A stretch of 64,000 nt of DNA from Verrucomicrobiota bacterium (GTDB lineage Bacteria > Verrucomicrobiota > Verrucomicrobiia > Limisphaerales > CANJXF01), in contig JAYVSV010000068.1 in assembly GCA_043775015.1 (NCBI GenBank), forward strand, positions 731-64,730. Direction: 5' to 3'. The notes beneath the pieces are model-generated. The model ran no database searches and was not told where the DNA came from. It saw only the letters and a list, made by a program, of their open reading frames with translations. This document shows positions 46,698 to 56,162 of this stretch, piece after piece. Made by a program: the position numbers and the translations under genes. Positions within the stretch are counted from its first letter, which is position 1; every line of letters starts with the position of its first letter.

Positions 46698-49600
46698 ATG
46701 AAACTTTTGAAACTTCCCCTCACTTCGTGCCTGCTGGCGACGGCGTTCTTTGTGACGGCCAGTCGCGCGGCGGATTTTCCGGCGGTTTACAACAGTGAAA
46801 AGGACACGAACGCCGTGCCGCCCACGCCTGAGCAATCGCTCGCAATGTTGAAACTCCCGCCCGGCTTCAAAGCCACTCTGTTCGCCGCCGAACCGGAGGT
46901 GCGGAATCCGATCTCAATGGCTTGGGATGCGCGCGGGCGGCTGTGGATCGCGGAGAATTACACCTATGCTGAGCGCTCGCTGAAATTTGATCTGCACCTG
47001 CGCGATCGCATCCTGATCTTCGAGGACAAAGATGGCGACGGACATTTCGATTCCCGGAAAGTTTTTACCGACGAAGTACAAAAGCTCACGAGCGTGGAGA
47101 TCGGCCACGGCGGGGTGTGGGCGATGTGTCCACCACAGTTGCTTTTCTTTCCCGACAAGAATGGTGACGACTTACCTGATGGCGCGCCGGAAGTAGTGCT
47201 CGATGGATTCACCGTCCCGGAAAATAATTATCACAATTTCGCCAACGGCCTTCATTGGGGGCCGGACGGCTGGCTCTACGGTCGCTGTGGTGCGTCAGCC
47301 CCGGGAAAAATCGGCGTCCCCGGCACTCCGACGAACGAACGCTTGCCGATTCCTGGAGGCATTTGGCGTTATCATCCGAAAAAGAAAATCGTCGAAGTGC
47401 TCACTTCAGGCCCGATGAATTCCTGGGGCCACGATTGGAATAAATACGGCGAAGCTTTTGCCATCAACACGGTCAATGGCCACTTATGGCACATCATTCC
47501 AGGCACACATTATCTCGTCGGTCACACCATCGATCCCAACCCGCGCGCCTACCAATTGATGGACATGCACGCCGACCATTGGCACTTCGATACCGCCAAG
47601 GGTTGGGGAAAATCGCGTGATGGCGTGTACGATTCTTTGGGTGGCGGCCACGCGCACATTGGAGCAATGATCTATAGCGGCGACAATTGGCCCGCCGAAT
47701 ATCGTGGCCATTTGTTCACGTTGAATTTGTTTGGCCGCCGGGCAAACCAGGAAATCCTCGAACGCTCCGGCTCCGGTTACGTGGGCAAACACGGCAACGA
47801 TTCTTTCTTCTTTGGCGACGGATGGTTTCGCGGATTGGAACTCGGTTACGGCCCGGACGGTGGCGTCTTCGTGCTCGACTGGAGCGACACGGGCGAATGC
47901 CACGAGAACACCGGTGTGCATCGCACTTCGGGACGAATCTACAAAATAACTTATGGCGATGCGAAACCGTCTCCGGTCGGCGATCTCGCGAAATTAACGG
48001 TGGTTGAATTGGTCAAGCTACAACTCCACGAGAACGAATGGTTCGTGCGCAAGGCACGTTTGCAACTGGCCGAACGTGCGCCGACGGGTCGCGAATTCGA
48101 AACGGCGAAAGTTCAACTTCTCGAAATGTTCGCGCGTGAAACAAATTCCGTCATGCAACTGCGTGCCATGTGGTCGCTCAACAACATCGGTGGAGCCGAC
48201 GAAACATTTTTGCTCAAACAATTGCAGCATCGAGACGAGTCTGTTCGCACCTGGGCGATTCGTTTGCTCAGTGATCTGTGGCCGTTGGACACCGTGATGT
48301 CCTCACGACCAGCCCACAGAACGGAGGCATCGGTCAGCCAAACGCTGCAAGTGTTTTCCCGAGTGGCGAAGTCTGATTCTTCAGGACTGGTCCGCCTCGC
48401 GCTGGCCACCTTGCTGCAACGACTGCCCGTAACGCAACGCCCTGAGCTTGCCGCGTCGTTGCTCGCCCATGCTGAGGATGGCGACGATCCTAATCTACCG
48501 TTGATGATCTGGTATGGCCTCATTCCACTCGGGGATTTCTCGCCCACCCCGTTGTCGGCGCTCGGAGCAAATTGCCAAATACCGCTTACGCGCAAATTGA
48601 TCGCGCGCCGATTGGGTGAGGACATTGAGAAAAATCCCGTCGCGTTGAATGAATTATTGAAATCAACAGCAACCAAATCAGAAGCATTTCAAATCGACAT
48701 TCTCGCCGGGTTGTCCGAGGCACTGCGCGGCTGGCGCAAGGCGCCAAAGCCTCCGTCGTGGGATGCGTTGCAAATAAGTTTGTCCAGTTCGCCGAACCCC
48801 GGTTTGCGTGACCGTGTGCGCGATTTAAGCGTGGTCTTTGGCGATGGGCGGGCGCTTGATGAAGTGAAGCGCATCGCCCTAGATCGAAAGGCTGATTTAA
48901 AATTTCGCCGCGCTGCGTTGCAAACCTTGATTGAAAACAAGCCGTCCGACTTGCGAATCATTTGCGAACAATTGCTCGAAGTAAAATTCCTCAACTCCAC
49001 CGCCGTCCGTGGACTGGCCCTGTTCGACGATCCGGCCATTGGTGAAAAAATCGCGAAAAGCTATCAGCAATTTCATCCATCCGAACGGGGTGCGGTCATG
49101 GACACACTGGTATCGCGCCCGACGTTTGCGCGGCCTTTGCTGGATGAAATGTACGCAAGTCGAATTCCCAGAACCGACATGACGCCCTTTCATGCGCGGC
49201 AGGTTCGCAGCCTGAATGACCCGGCGCTCACCCAACAACTGGCCAAGGTCTGGGGAGAACTGCGCGACAGCCCGGCAGAGAAAAAGAAATCCATCGCGGA
49301 GATGAAAACAAAGTTATCTTCCACCGCGCTCGCCTCCGCCGACAAAAGCCAGGGCCGCGCGGTATTCAACATAGCTTGTGCGGTCTGCCATACACTTTAC
49401 GGCCAGGGCGGAAGGGTCGGCCCGGACCTGACCGGCTCGGGTCGCGATAATCTGGATTACTTGCTCGATAACATCATTGATCCCAGTGCAGTAGTGAACG
49501 CGGACTTCGGCATGTCGGTAGTCGGACTCAAGGATGGCCGAACGTTGAATGGGATGGTTTCAGAAAAAACCGAGCGCACCATCACGTTGAAAACCATGAC

Positions 49601-49754
49601 CGAAACCGTAACGTTGAATCGCGACGAACTGGCGAGCGTTCAGGAGTCTTCTCTTTCACTCATGCCGGAAGGATTGCTCGAAGCGCTCAACGAAACGCAG
49701 GTTCGTGACCTCATTGCCTACCTCATGAATCGCACGCAGGTTCCACAAAATTAA
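46698..49754 (+). CDS. PVC-type heme-binding CxxCH protein (putative membrane-bound dehydrogenase)
   Basis: FAAEPEVRNPISMAWDARGRLW, NGLHWGPDGWLY, HEAT-like repeats and C-terminal CAVCH...GPDLTG...DPSAVV. Confidence 0.92.
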   Translation: MKLLKLPLTSCLLATAFFVTASRAADFPAVYNSEKDTNAVPPTPEQSLAMLKLPPGFKATLFAAEPEVRNPISMAWDARGRLWIAENYTYAERSLKFDLHLRDRILIFEDKDGDGHFDSRKVFTDEVQKLTSVEIGHGGVWAMCPPQLLFFPDKNGDDLPDGAPEVVLDGFTVPENNYHNFANGLHWGPDGWLYGRCGASAPGKIGVPGTPTNERLPIPGGIWRYHPKKKIVEVLTSGPMNSWGHDWNKYGEAFAINTVNGHLWHIIPGTHYLVGHTIDPNPRAYQLMDMHADHWHFDTAKGWGKSRDGVYDSLGGGHAHIGAMIYSGDNWPAEYRGHLFTLNLFGRRANQEILERSGSGYVGKHGNDSFFFGDGWFRGLELGYGPDGGVFVLDWSDTGECHENTGVHRTSGRIYKITYGDAKPSPVGDLAKLTVVELVKLQLHENEWFVRKARLQLAERAPTGREFETAKVQLLEMFARETNSVMQLRAMWSLNNIGGADETFLLKQLQHRDESVRTWAIRLLSDLWPLDTVMSSRPAHRTEASVSQTLQVFSRVAKSDSSGLVRLALATLLQRLPVTQRPELAASLLAHAEDGDDPNLPLMIWYGLIPLGDFSPTPLSALGANCQIPLTRKLIARRLGEDIEKNPVALNELLKSTATKSEAFQIDILAGLSEALRGWRKAPKPPSWDALQISLSSSPNPGLRDRVRDLSVVFGDGRALDEVKRIALDRKADLKFRRAALQTLIENKPSDLRIICEQLLEVKFLNSTAVRGLALFDDPAIGEKIAKSYQQFHPSERGAVMDTLVSRPTFARPLLDEMYASRIPRTDMTPFHARQVRSLNDPALTQQLAKVWGELRDSPAEKKKSIAEMKTKLSSTALASADKSQGRAVFNIACAVCHTLYGQGGRVGPDLTGSGRDNLDYLLDNIIDPSAVVNADFGMSVVGLKDGRTLNGMVSEKTERTITLKTMTETVTLNRDELASVQESSLSLMPEGLLEALNETQVRDLIAYLMNRTQVPQN

Positions 49755-49813
49755 ATAGTTTCGACAGTCTATGAGCGGGTGCTAGAGTTCCGCGCAACCA
49801 ATTGAAAACATTT

Positions 49814-51328
49814 ATGCCAACGTGCTTACCTTCCGATAATCCCCAGAACGATTTCATTCTTCGCCCACAGAGTAACTCACTGGGAAAAACAACATCAACT
49901 TTCCTGATCATTGCAACTTTAAGCGCAATCGGTTGGCTGGGCTTGGGATCAGTGCGTGCCGAGGACAACACCCCGCTACTGGCTCATGGACTTTATGAAG
50001 ATTTTCGCGCGTTACTCAGCGAGGGAAAATTGTGGTTCCCGAAATTTTCAGCGGACGGCAAACCGATTGCGGGAAGCGGGTCGCACATTTCAGCCGACAC
50101 AAACTCCATCGGGTTGAAGGGCGCGATGCTCAACCCGGAAAAAATTAATCTGAGCAACCAGGTAACTCACATCCTTGCTCGTGGCCTGAACGAACCACTC
50201 ATTCACGAAGCGCTGGCGGGAGGTCATTTGTATGTGGCAAACGACAGCATCGGTGATCCAACCGGCTTCATGTTTGGGGCCATGAATAATCAAGGCGTTT
50301 TCACGATGGGCGATTCAGTAACCGCCTTTGGCAGCACGAAAGTGATGGCCTTGACCCCACAGCCCGCAAAACTCCGATTGTTTCGCGGCAGCGTGATGGT
50401 TCAGGAAACAACCGGAACCAATCTGACCTTCGAGAGCAAAGAGACGGGCGACTTCCGTCTCGAAGCATCTTTGGTCATTAAAGGTGAAGAGCGCCCATGG
50501 ATTTATTCCAACCCGGTTTATCTGAACGCGCCTGACTTGATTGAACTGGCAGCGCTCATGCCGTCGATGGAAATTTCTCCTGAGGTCAGCGTGCGCAAAG
50601 ATATTACTTACCAGGAAGGTGCCCCGGAAGATGCCGGCAAACACAAACTCGACATCTACACACCCAAAGGAAAAACTAACGCGGCAGTTTTGTTTTTTGT
50701 TCATGGAGGCGCTTGGAGAACCGGCGATCGCTCTCAATATCCACCTCTTGGAAATCGTTACGCCCGGGCTGGGTATCTCACTGTGGTGCCGAGTTATCGG
50801 CTCGCTCCGAAGTACCCGCATCCGGCACAGATTGAAGATGTCGCTGCCGCCTTCGCGTGGACGGTCAAACACATTGCTGAATCCGGTGGTGACACCAATC
50901 GGATTTACATCGCAGGCCATTCCGCGGGCGGGCACCTCGTGTCATTGTTAGCTCTGGACGACCATTACCTCGCCGCACACCAGATTTCTCCGAAAACAAT
51001 TCGCGGTGTTTTAGCGTGGAGTGGCGTTTATAATCTTAACATCGGAGAAGGTTTGGAGAAACCGTTTGGCAAAGATCCCCAGTTTCGCCTGGCCGCGTCG
51101 CCGATCTCTTATGTGAAATCAAACTCACCTCCGTTCCAGATCACCTATTGCCAATGGGACTACTTCAGCCTTCCAGCACAGGCAAAAATGTTTCAGCGCG
51201 CCCTGGAAAAAGCAGGGGCGAAAACGGAACTCGTTTACATCCCCGCCCTAAATCACATCTCGGAAATGCTCAACATCAAGAACGAGAAAGATCCCACAGT
51301 GGCGGCTGCCCTGGTCTTCATGAAGTAA
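49814..51328 (+). CDS. Alpha/beta-hydrolase (carboxylesterase) with an additional N-terminal domain
   Basis: LDIYTP, FVHGGAW, YRLAP and GHSAGG nucleophile elbow; the N-terminal region ends in RPWIYSNPVY. Confidence 0.85.
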   Translation: MPTCLPSDNPQNDFILRPQSNSLGKTTSTFLIIATLSAIGWLGLGSVRAEDNTPLLAHGLYEDFRALLSEGKLWFPKFSADGKPIAGSGSHISADTNSIGLKGAMLNPEKINLSNQVTHILARGLNEPLIHEALAGGHLYVANDSIGDPTGFMFGAMNNQGVFTMGDSVTAFGSTKVMALTPQPAKLRLFRGSVMVQETTGTNLTFESKETGDFRLEASLVIKGEERPWIYSNPVYLNAPDLIELAALMPSMEISPEVSVRKDITYQEGAPEDAGKHKLDIYTPKGKTNAAVLFFVHGGAWRTGDRSQYPPLGNRYARAGYLTVVPSYRLAPKYPHPAQIEDVAAAFAWTVKHIAESGGDTNRIYIAGHSAGGHLVSLLALDDHYLAAHQISPKTIRGVLAWSGVYNLNIGEGLEKPFGKDPQFRLAASPISYVKSNSPPFQITYCQWDYFSLPAQAKMFQRALEKAGAKTELVYIPALNHISEMLNIKNEKDPTVAAALVFMK

Positions 51329-51331
51329 CGC

Positions 51332-52735
51332 ATGAAAAAATGGATTCGCATTTCGCTTCGGTTAGTAGTCGCGTTGGCTCTGCTCATTGTTACCGGATTG
51401 GTGCTGTGTCTGGATGGGGTTGATTACGGGCCATACTTTCGCGAGCCTTACTACAAAGAAACCACTGCGCGCTTAAACAAGTTAACTGCCACAAACATAG
51501 TTACACGCGGTGAACTGGCGGCTGGGTTCGGTCGTGCGCTTCTAACTCCAACCATCAATGCGCCGCAAGACGATCCCATCAAAGGACAGTTCCGCGCTCT
51601 ACCACTGGCGGGCTATGGCAATCGACACGGCCACCCGGCAACCGGAGTGCATGACGATCTCTACGTCAAAGCAGTCGCCTTTCGAGTTGGCAATCGTCTC
51701 GGTGTGATGGTTGGCGCAGATGCCTTGATCGTTCCGCCTGAGGTGACTGAGATAGCGGTGGCCCGACTTCACCAGGAACTCGGATTGAGCCGCGAACAAA
51801 TTTATCTGAGCGCGACGCATAGTCATTGCAGCATTGGTGGTTGGGGAGAAGGCATGGTTGCCGAAGGGTTTTCTGGAAAATTCCAACCGGGTTCGCGAAC
51901 CTGGTACGCGGATCGAATTGTCACAGCCATTCGCGACGCTGTTGCTGACCTGAGGCCTGCTTCATTTGGCCATGGCAGTTTTGCCGCGCCGGAGTACGTG
52001 AAAAATCGTTTGGTGGGTGAACTGGGCAAGGTAGATCCGGAGTTCAGCTTTATCGTGCTGAAACAAGAAGGAGGTCGAACGGGAATTCTAGGAAGCTATG
52101 CCGCTCATGCGACGGTTCTCTCTGGAAACATGATGGATTTTAGCGCCGACTATCCAGGGTGCTGGCAACGTTCTGTCGAAGAGGCGACCGGCGGGACTGC
52201 CGTGTTCCTCGCCGGCGAAGTAGGAAGCCACTCGCCGTCACCCGGAGACAATGGATTTAAGGGTGCAGACAAAATGGGTAAAGCTCTTGCGCGGAAACTC
52301 CTCGAACAACTTCCCCAAACCAAACTCACCAACTCAATCGCATTGGCCATGCTTGGGCTGGATGTCACCCTGCCTCCACTCAATGTGAGGTTGACCGACG
52401 GCGTTCGGCTCCGGCCCTGGCTCGCTGCAAAATTGCTGCCGGTGCGTGAACACAGTTTTTTGCAAGGTTTCAAACTGGACGACTCGGTTTGGGTTTCTAC
52501 ACCGTGCGATTTCAGCGGCGAGCTCGGTTTGCGCATCAAGGAAACATTTCGTTCAAAAGGGCAGACCATCACAATGACCAGTTTCAATGGCGACTACATT
52601 GGCTACGTCGTTTGCTCGCGCTATTATCACATGGATGGCTATGAACCCAGGCTCATGTCGTTCTTTGGACCGAATGTCCCCGACTATCTGGAGGAATTAA
52701 TTCGTACGATAGGCACTGAGCTATCAGCAAAGTAG
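51332..52735 (+). CDS. Neutral/alkaline ceramidase-like amidohydrolase
   Basis: PLAGYGNR...GVHDDLYVKA, LSATHSHC, YAAHAT, SADYPG and GDYIGY motifs; N-terminal TM anchor. Confidence 0.75.
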   Translation: MKKWIRISLRLVVALALLIVTGLVLCLDGVDYGPYFREPYYKETTARLNKLTATNIVTRGELAAGFGRALLTPTINAPQDDPIKGQFRALPLAGYGNRHGHPATGVHDDLYVKAVAFRVGNRLGVMVGADALIVPPEVTEIAVARLHQELGLSREQIYLSATHSHCSIGGWGEGMVAEGFSGKFQPGSRTWYADRIVTAIRDAVADLRPASFGHGSFAAPEYVKNRLVGELGKVDPEFSFIVLKQEGGRTGILGSYAAHATVLSGNMMDFSADYPGCWQRSVEEATGGTAVFLAGEVGSHSPSPGDNGFKGADKMGKALARKLLEQLPQTKLTNSIALAMLGLDVTLPPLNVRLTDGVRLRPWLAAKLLPVREHSFLQGFKLDDSVWVSTPCDFSGELGLRIKETFRSKGQTITMTSFNGDYIGYVVCSRYYHMDGYEPRLMSFFGPNVPDYLEELIRTIGTELSAK

Positions 52736-52739
52736 AAGG

Positions 52740-54614
52740 ATGAACAAGACGCCTGCAAAAAAGAAACGCAGATGGTTGTTTCGACTCATTCAATTTTTTG
52801 CCATCGCGATCGTTCTCCTGCTGGCCGCGATCTACTTCATTTACGTCCTGCCCTTCTGGGGAATTCCGTTCAACAAATCGCGTCACGGACGAGTGCCCAT
52901 CACTCCGCCTTGGGCTTTGGAATGTTGGGTATGGGAAGACGATGTGAACACGGCAGACTACGTCAAAGAGCTGTTGGCTGGTTATGCCAGACACGATTTC
53001 CCCGTTCGCACCATTTTGATCGATAGTCCGTGGAGTCATCGCTACAACGATTTCAAAGTGGATGAAGATCGTTACCCAGAACCGGGAAAGTTTTTCGGAG
53101 ACCTTCAGACAAATGGATACCGCGTGGTTCTCTGGATGACTTGCATGGTGGATAGCTACAGCAAAGATACCAAGGTCAAGGAGTCCCAAGAATTCTATGA
53201 CCACGCCAGAACCAATGGCTATGTCGCTGCGGGCGATGAAATGAAATGGTGGAAGGGCAAAGGCGGATTCATCGACTACTCGAATCCAGAGGCGATGAAA
53301 TGGTGGCAAGGTTTGCAGAAACAAGTTTTAGATTGGGGCGTGGACGGGTGGAAGCTGGACGGGTGCGACACGTTTTTTTCAAGCAAGGTTGGAAAATTTC
53401 CGGTGCCATTCAACCGCGTCAAATCCGGCTGGATGACGACTCGCCAATACATGGACCACTACGCGCGTGATGAATATCATAATGGTCTTTCGCAAAATCC
53501 CGAATTCGCGACGCTCATCCGCGCGATAGACCGCCCGTGGAGTCATCCAGAAGGTTTTGCACCGCTCGATGCCGCGCCCGTAACCTGGGTTGGTGACAAC
53601 CAGCATACCTGGAAGGAAAAGGATCGAGGAATAGAAGGTGCCATCCGGGATATTCTCAGTAGTGCGCGCCTCGGCTATTGCGTCATTGGCAGCGATGTTG
53701 CCGGCTACAATGGTCGCAGCAATCCAGACGACATTGGGCGTGCCACCGCCGCGATTCTTTCCTCCTGGAAATTGAAAATCAATTCGTCATCGACGGGCAA
53801 AACGGAGTTCGGGACAGCGGCGGGAAATGATGAAATCGCGCCGAACATTTACATTCGCTGGGCGCAGTTCTCGACGTTCTGCGGTCTGTTTTTAAACGGT
53901 GGCCACGGCGAACGCCGGATGTGGAAACGCTCGCAGCCGGAGCTTGAAATTGTCCGCAAGTTCTCATGGCTCCACACCGAACTCGTGCCTTACATGTATT
54001 CGCACGTCGTCGCTTGTCACAACGGAGGCGAGCCATTGATGCAACCACTGGAGACTGGAAAATTTCAATACCTCTTCGGGGATGACTTCCTGATCGCGCC
54101 CATTCACGAAGACAAATTGTCCCGCGCGGTCGTGCTGCCGCCGGGCCAATGGCGCTACCTGTTTCATGACGATGAAGTTCTCCAAGGTCCCCAGCAGATC
54201 ACGCGCGATTTTCCGCTGGACGAATTCCCGGTCTTTGTCCGCGATGGCGCGGTCGTTCCGCTAAACGTAACCCGCTCCTACACCGGATTAGGCGACACCA
54301 ATTCCGCTGGCTTCACGACCTGGCTTATCTACCCAAATCAAAAAAGCGAATTCACACTCTGGCATCCTGAAAGCCATCCAAAGCCCGAATCGACCACCGT
54401 GTCTGTCGATTCAGATAAGTCTCTGAAAATCCGTGTGACAGGAAAACGACAACCACATATCCTCCGTGTCTTCACGCGAAACAAACCGGCTAATGTCACT
54501 CTGGATGGTCAGATTTTGCTCGAAGGTGATGCGTGGAAATTTGAAGCAGCAGACCATCGACTCATTATCAAAACCCGCGACTACAAAGAGGGTTCCTACC
54601 TCGTCTCGTGGTGA
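52740..54614 (+). CDS. Glycoside hydrolase family 31
   Basis: ILIDSPW, GVDGWKLDG (nucleophile Asp), IGSDVAGY (acid/base Asp), YIRWAQF and YLFGDDFLIAP; N-terminal TM anchor. Confidence 0.88.
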   Translation: MNKTPAKKKRRWLFRLIQFFAIAIVLLLAAIYFIYVLPFWGIPFNKSRHGRVPITPPWALECWVWEDDVNTADYVKELLAGYARHDFPVRTILIDSPWSHRYNDFKVDEDRYPEPGKFFGDLQTNGYRVVLWMTCMVDSYSKDTKVKESQEFYDHARTNGYVAAGDEMKWWKGKGGFIDYSNPEAMKWWQGLQKQVLDWGVDGWKLDGCDTFFSSKVGKFPVPFNRVKSGWMTTRQYMDHYARDEYHNGLSQNPEFATLIRAIDRPWSHPEGFAPLDAAPVTWVGDNQHTWKEKDRGIEGAIRDILSSARLGYCVIGSDVAGYNGRSNPDDIGRATAAILSSWKLKINSSSTGKTEFGTAAGNDEIAPNIYIRWAQFSTFCGLFLNGGHGERRMWKRSQPELEIVRKFSWLHTELVPYMYSHVVACHNGGEPLMQPLETGKFQYLFGDDFLIAPIHEDKLSRAVVLPPGQWRYLFHDDEVLQGPQQITRDFPLDEFPVFVRDGAVVPLNVTRSYTGLGDTNSAGFTTWLIYPNQKSEFTLWHPESHPKPESTTVSVDSDKSLKIRVTGKRQPHILRVFTRNKPANVTLDGQILLEGDAWKFEAADHRLIIKTRDYKEGSYLVSW

Positions 54615-54618
54615 TCGC

Positions 54619-54644
54619 ATTGATCATCGAAGATCAATTTTGTT
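54619..54644. terminator. Possible weak intrinsic terminator between convergent genes
   Basis: attgatc-atcgaa-gatcaat stem-loop followed by tttgtt. The stem is AT-rich. Confidence 0.25.
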
Positions 54645-54687
54645 GGTTTGACGCCTAGTAAGAGTTCTTGGTGTCGTCCCGAACGTT

Positions 54688-56160
54688 TCACGCCAGAATA
54701 CCTTTGATCACTTCGCCATGCACATCGGTCAGTCGGCGTTCGGCACCGTTGTGGTAGTAGTTCAACCGCTGGTGATCGAGGCCGAGCAGATGCAGGATGG
54801 TCGCGTGCAAGTCGTAAATGGTTGTCACGTTCTCGACGGCTTTGTAGCCGAACTCGTCGGTTGCACCGTAGCTAAATCCTCTTTTCACTCCTGCGCCAGT
54901 CAACCAGACGGTGAATCCGTGCGGGTTGTGGTCGCGACCGCTCGCTCCTTTTTGAAACGTCGGCATGCGGCCAAACTCGGTGACGAATGCGACGAGAGTG
55001 TCTTCCAACATTCCGCGTTGTTTGAGGTCGCGAATGAGTGCGGCGCAAGGTTGGTCCAGAATGGTGCGATGCACGTCGTATTGTGATTTGAGAGTTCTGT
55101 GTCCGTCCCAATTTCCCACGCCCTCACCCATCGCGTAAGCGCCGTTAAAGAGTTGGACGAAGCGCACGCCGCGTTCGATCAGGCGTCGCGCAAGAATGCA
55201 ATTGCGCGCAAATCCTGCCTTCACTTTGTCGCTGTCGTTGACGCCATACATCTCCAGCGTGGCAGCACTTTCCTTTTTCAAGTCGGCCACTTCCGGTGCG
55301 CTGAGTTGCATCTTCGCGGCGAGTTCGTAGCTGGCGATGCGCGCGCTCAAATCAGTGTCGCCGGGATGTTGGACAAGGTGCCGGTCATTGAGAAATTTAA
55401 GAAAGTCGCGTGATTTTTTCTCGCCGACTGCTGAAATTTCTTTGGGCGTATCGAGATTGGGAATTCCTTTTTCCGCGTTGAAGGCGGTTCCTTGAAATAC
55501 GGCGGGAAGAAATCCAGCGCTCCAATGATTGGGTCCCATCTGCGGCACACCACGCGGATCAGGAATTGCGACGAACGCAGGCAGATTTTGATTCTCGCTG
55601 CCGAGCGCATAGGTGGCCCACGCGCCCATGCTTGGAAAACCATCGAGAATGAAACCCGTGCTCATCTGGTTTTCGGCGGGACCATGCGTGTTTGACTTTG
55701 CGGTCATCGAATGGATGAAACAGAAGTCGTCGGCCAGATCGGCGAGGTTCGGCAACAGGTCAGAAATCATTTTGCCGGATTGTCCACGCGGACGAAATTC
55801 CCAGATCGGCTTGACGAGATTTCCATTTTCTCCTTGAAAGGTAACAAGTCCAGCGGAGCCGGGCATCGGCTGGTCATGGCGTTTGATTAACTCCGGCTTG
55901 TAATCCCACGCATCGAGATGGCTCAGAGCGCCGGAACAAAAAATAACGACGACATTTTTGGCCTTAGGTTTGAAATGGGGCGTGCGCGGCGCGAACGGTT
56001 TTTCCGGAGACCATTGCAACGGAGTTTTGTCGGCGAGTAGCTCTTGTCCACGCAGCAGTGACAATAAAGCGACGGCGCTGAGGCCGGTTCCGCCGTGGCG
56101 CAGAAAGTCGCGGCGATTCAGCATCCACCGACCGGCGTTTGAAATGGTGTTTTCGTTCAT
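54688..56160 (-). CDS. DUF1501 domain protein
   Basis: [34 protein letters not shown] and TEFGRMP...GRDHNP motifs. Confidence 0.93.
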   Translation of the reverse strand: MNENTISNAGRWMLNRRDFLRHGGTGLSAVALLSLLRGQELLADKTPLQWSPEKPFAPRTPHFKPKAKNVVVIFCSGALSHLDAWDYKPELIKRHDQPMPGSAGLVTFQGENGNLVKPIWEFRPRGQSGKMISDLLPNLADLADDFCFIHSMTAKSNTHGPAENQMSTGFILDGFPSMGAWATYALGSENQNLPAFVAIPDPRGVPQMGPNHWSAGFLPAVFQGTAFNAEKGIPNLDTPKEISAVGEKKSRDFLKFLNDRHLVQHPGDTDLSARIASYELAAKMQLSAPEVADLKKESAATLEMYGVNDSDKVKAGFARNCILARRLIERGVRFVQLFNGAYAMGEGVGNWDGHRTLKSQYDVHRTILDQPCAALIRDLKQRGMLEDTLVAFVTEFGRMPTFQKGASGRDHNPHGFTVWLTGAGVKRGFSYGATDEFGYKAVENVTTIYDLHATILHLLGLDHQRLNYYHNGAERRLTDVHGEVIKGILA

Positions 56161-56162
56161 GG

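Noticed and set aside
49755-49813. Second attC after the PVC-type cytochrome gene
   Set aside because: No RYYYAAC...GTT hairpin and no complement of the GTTCATT start, so a multi-cassette array is not supported.
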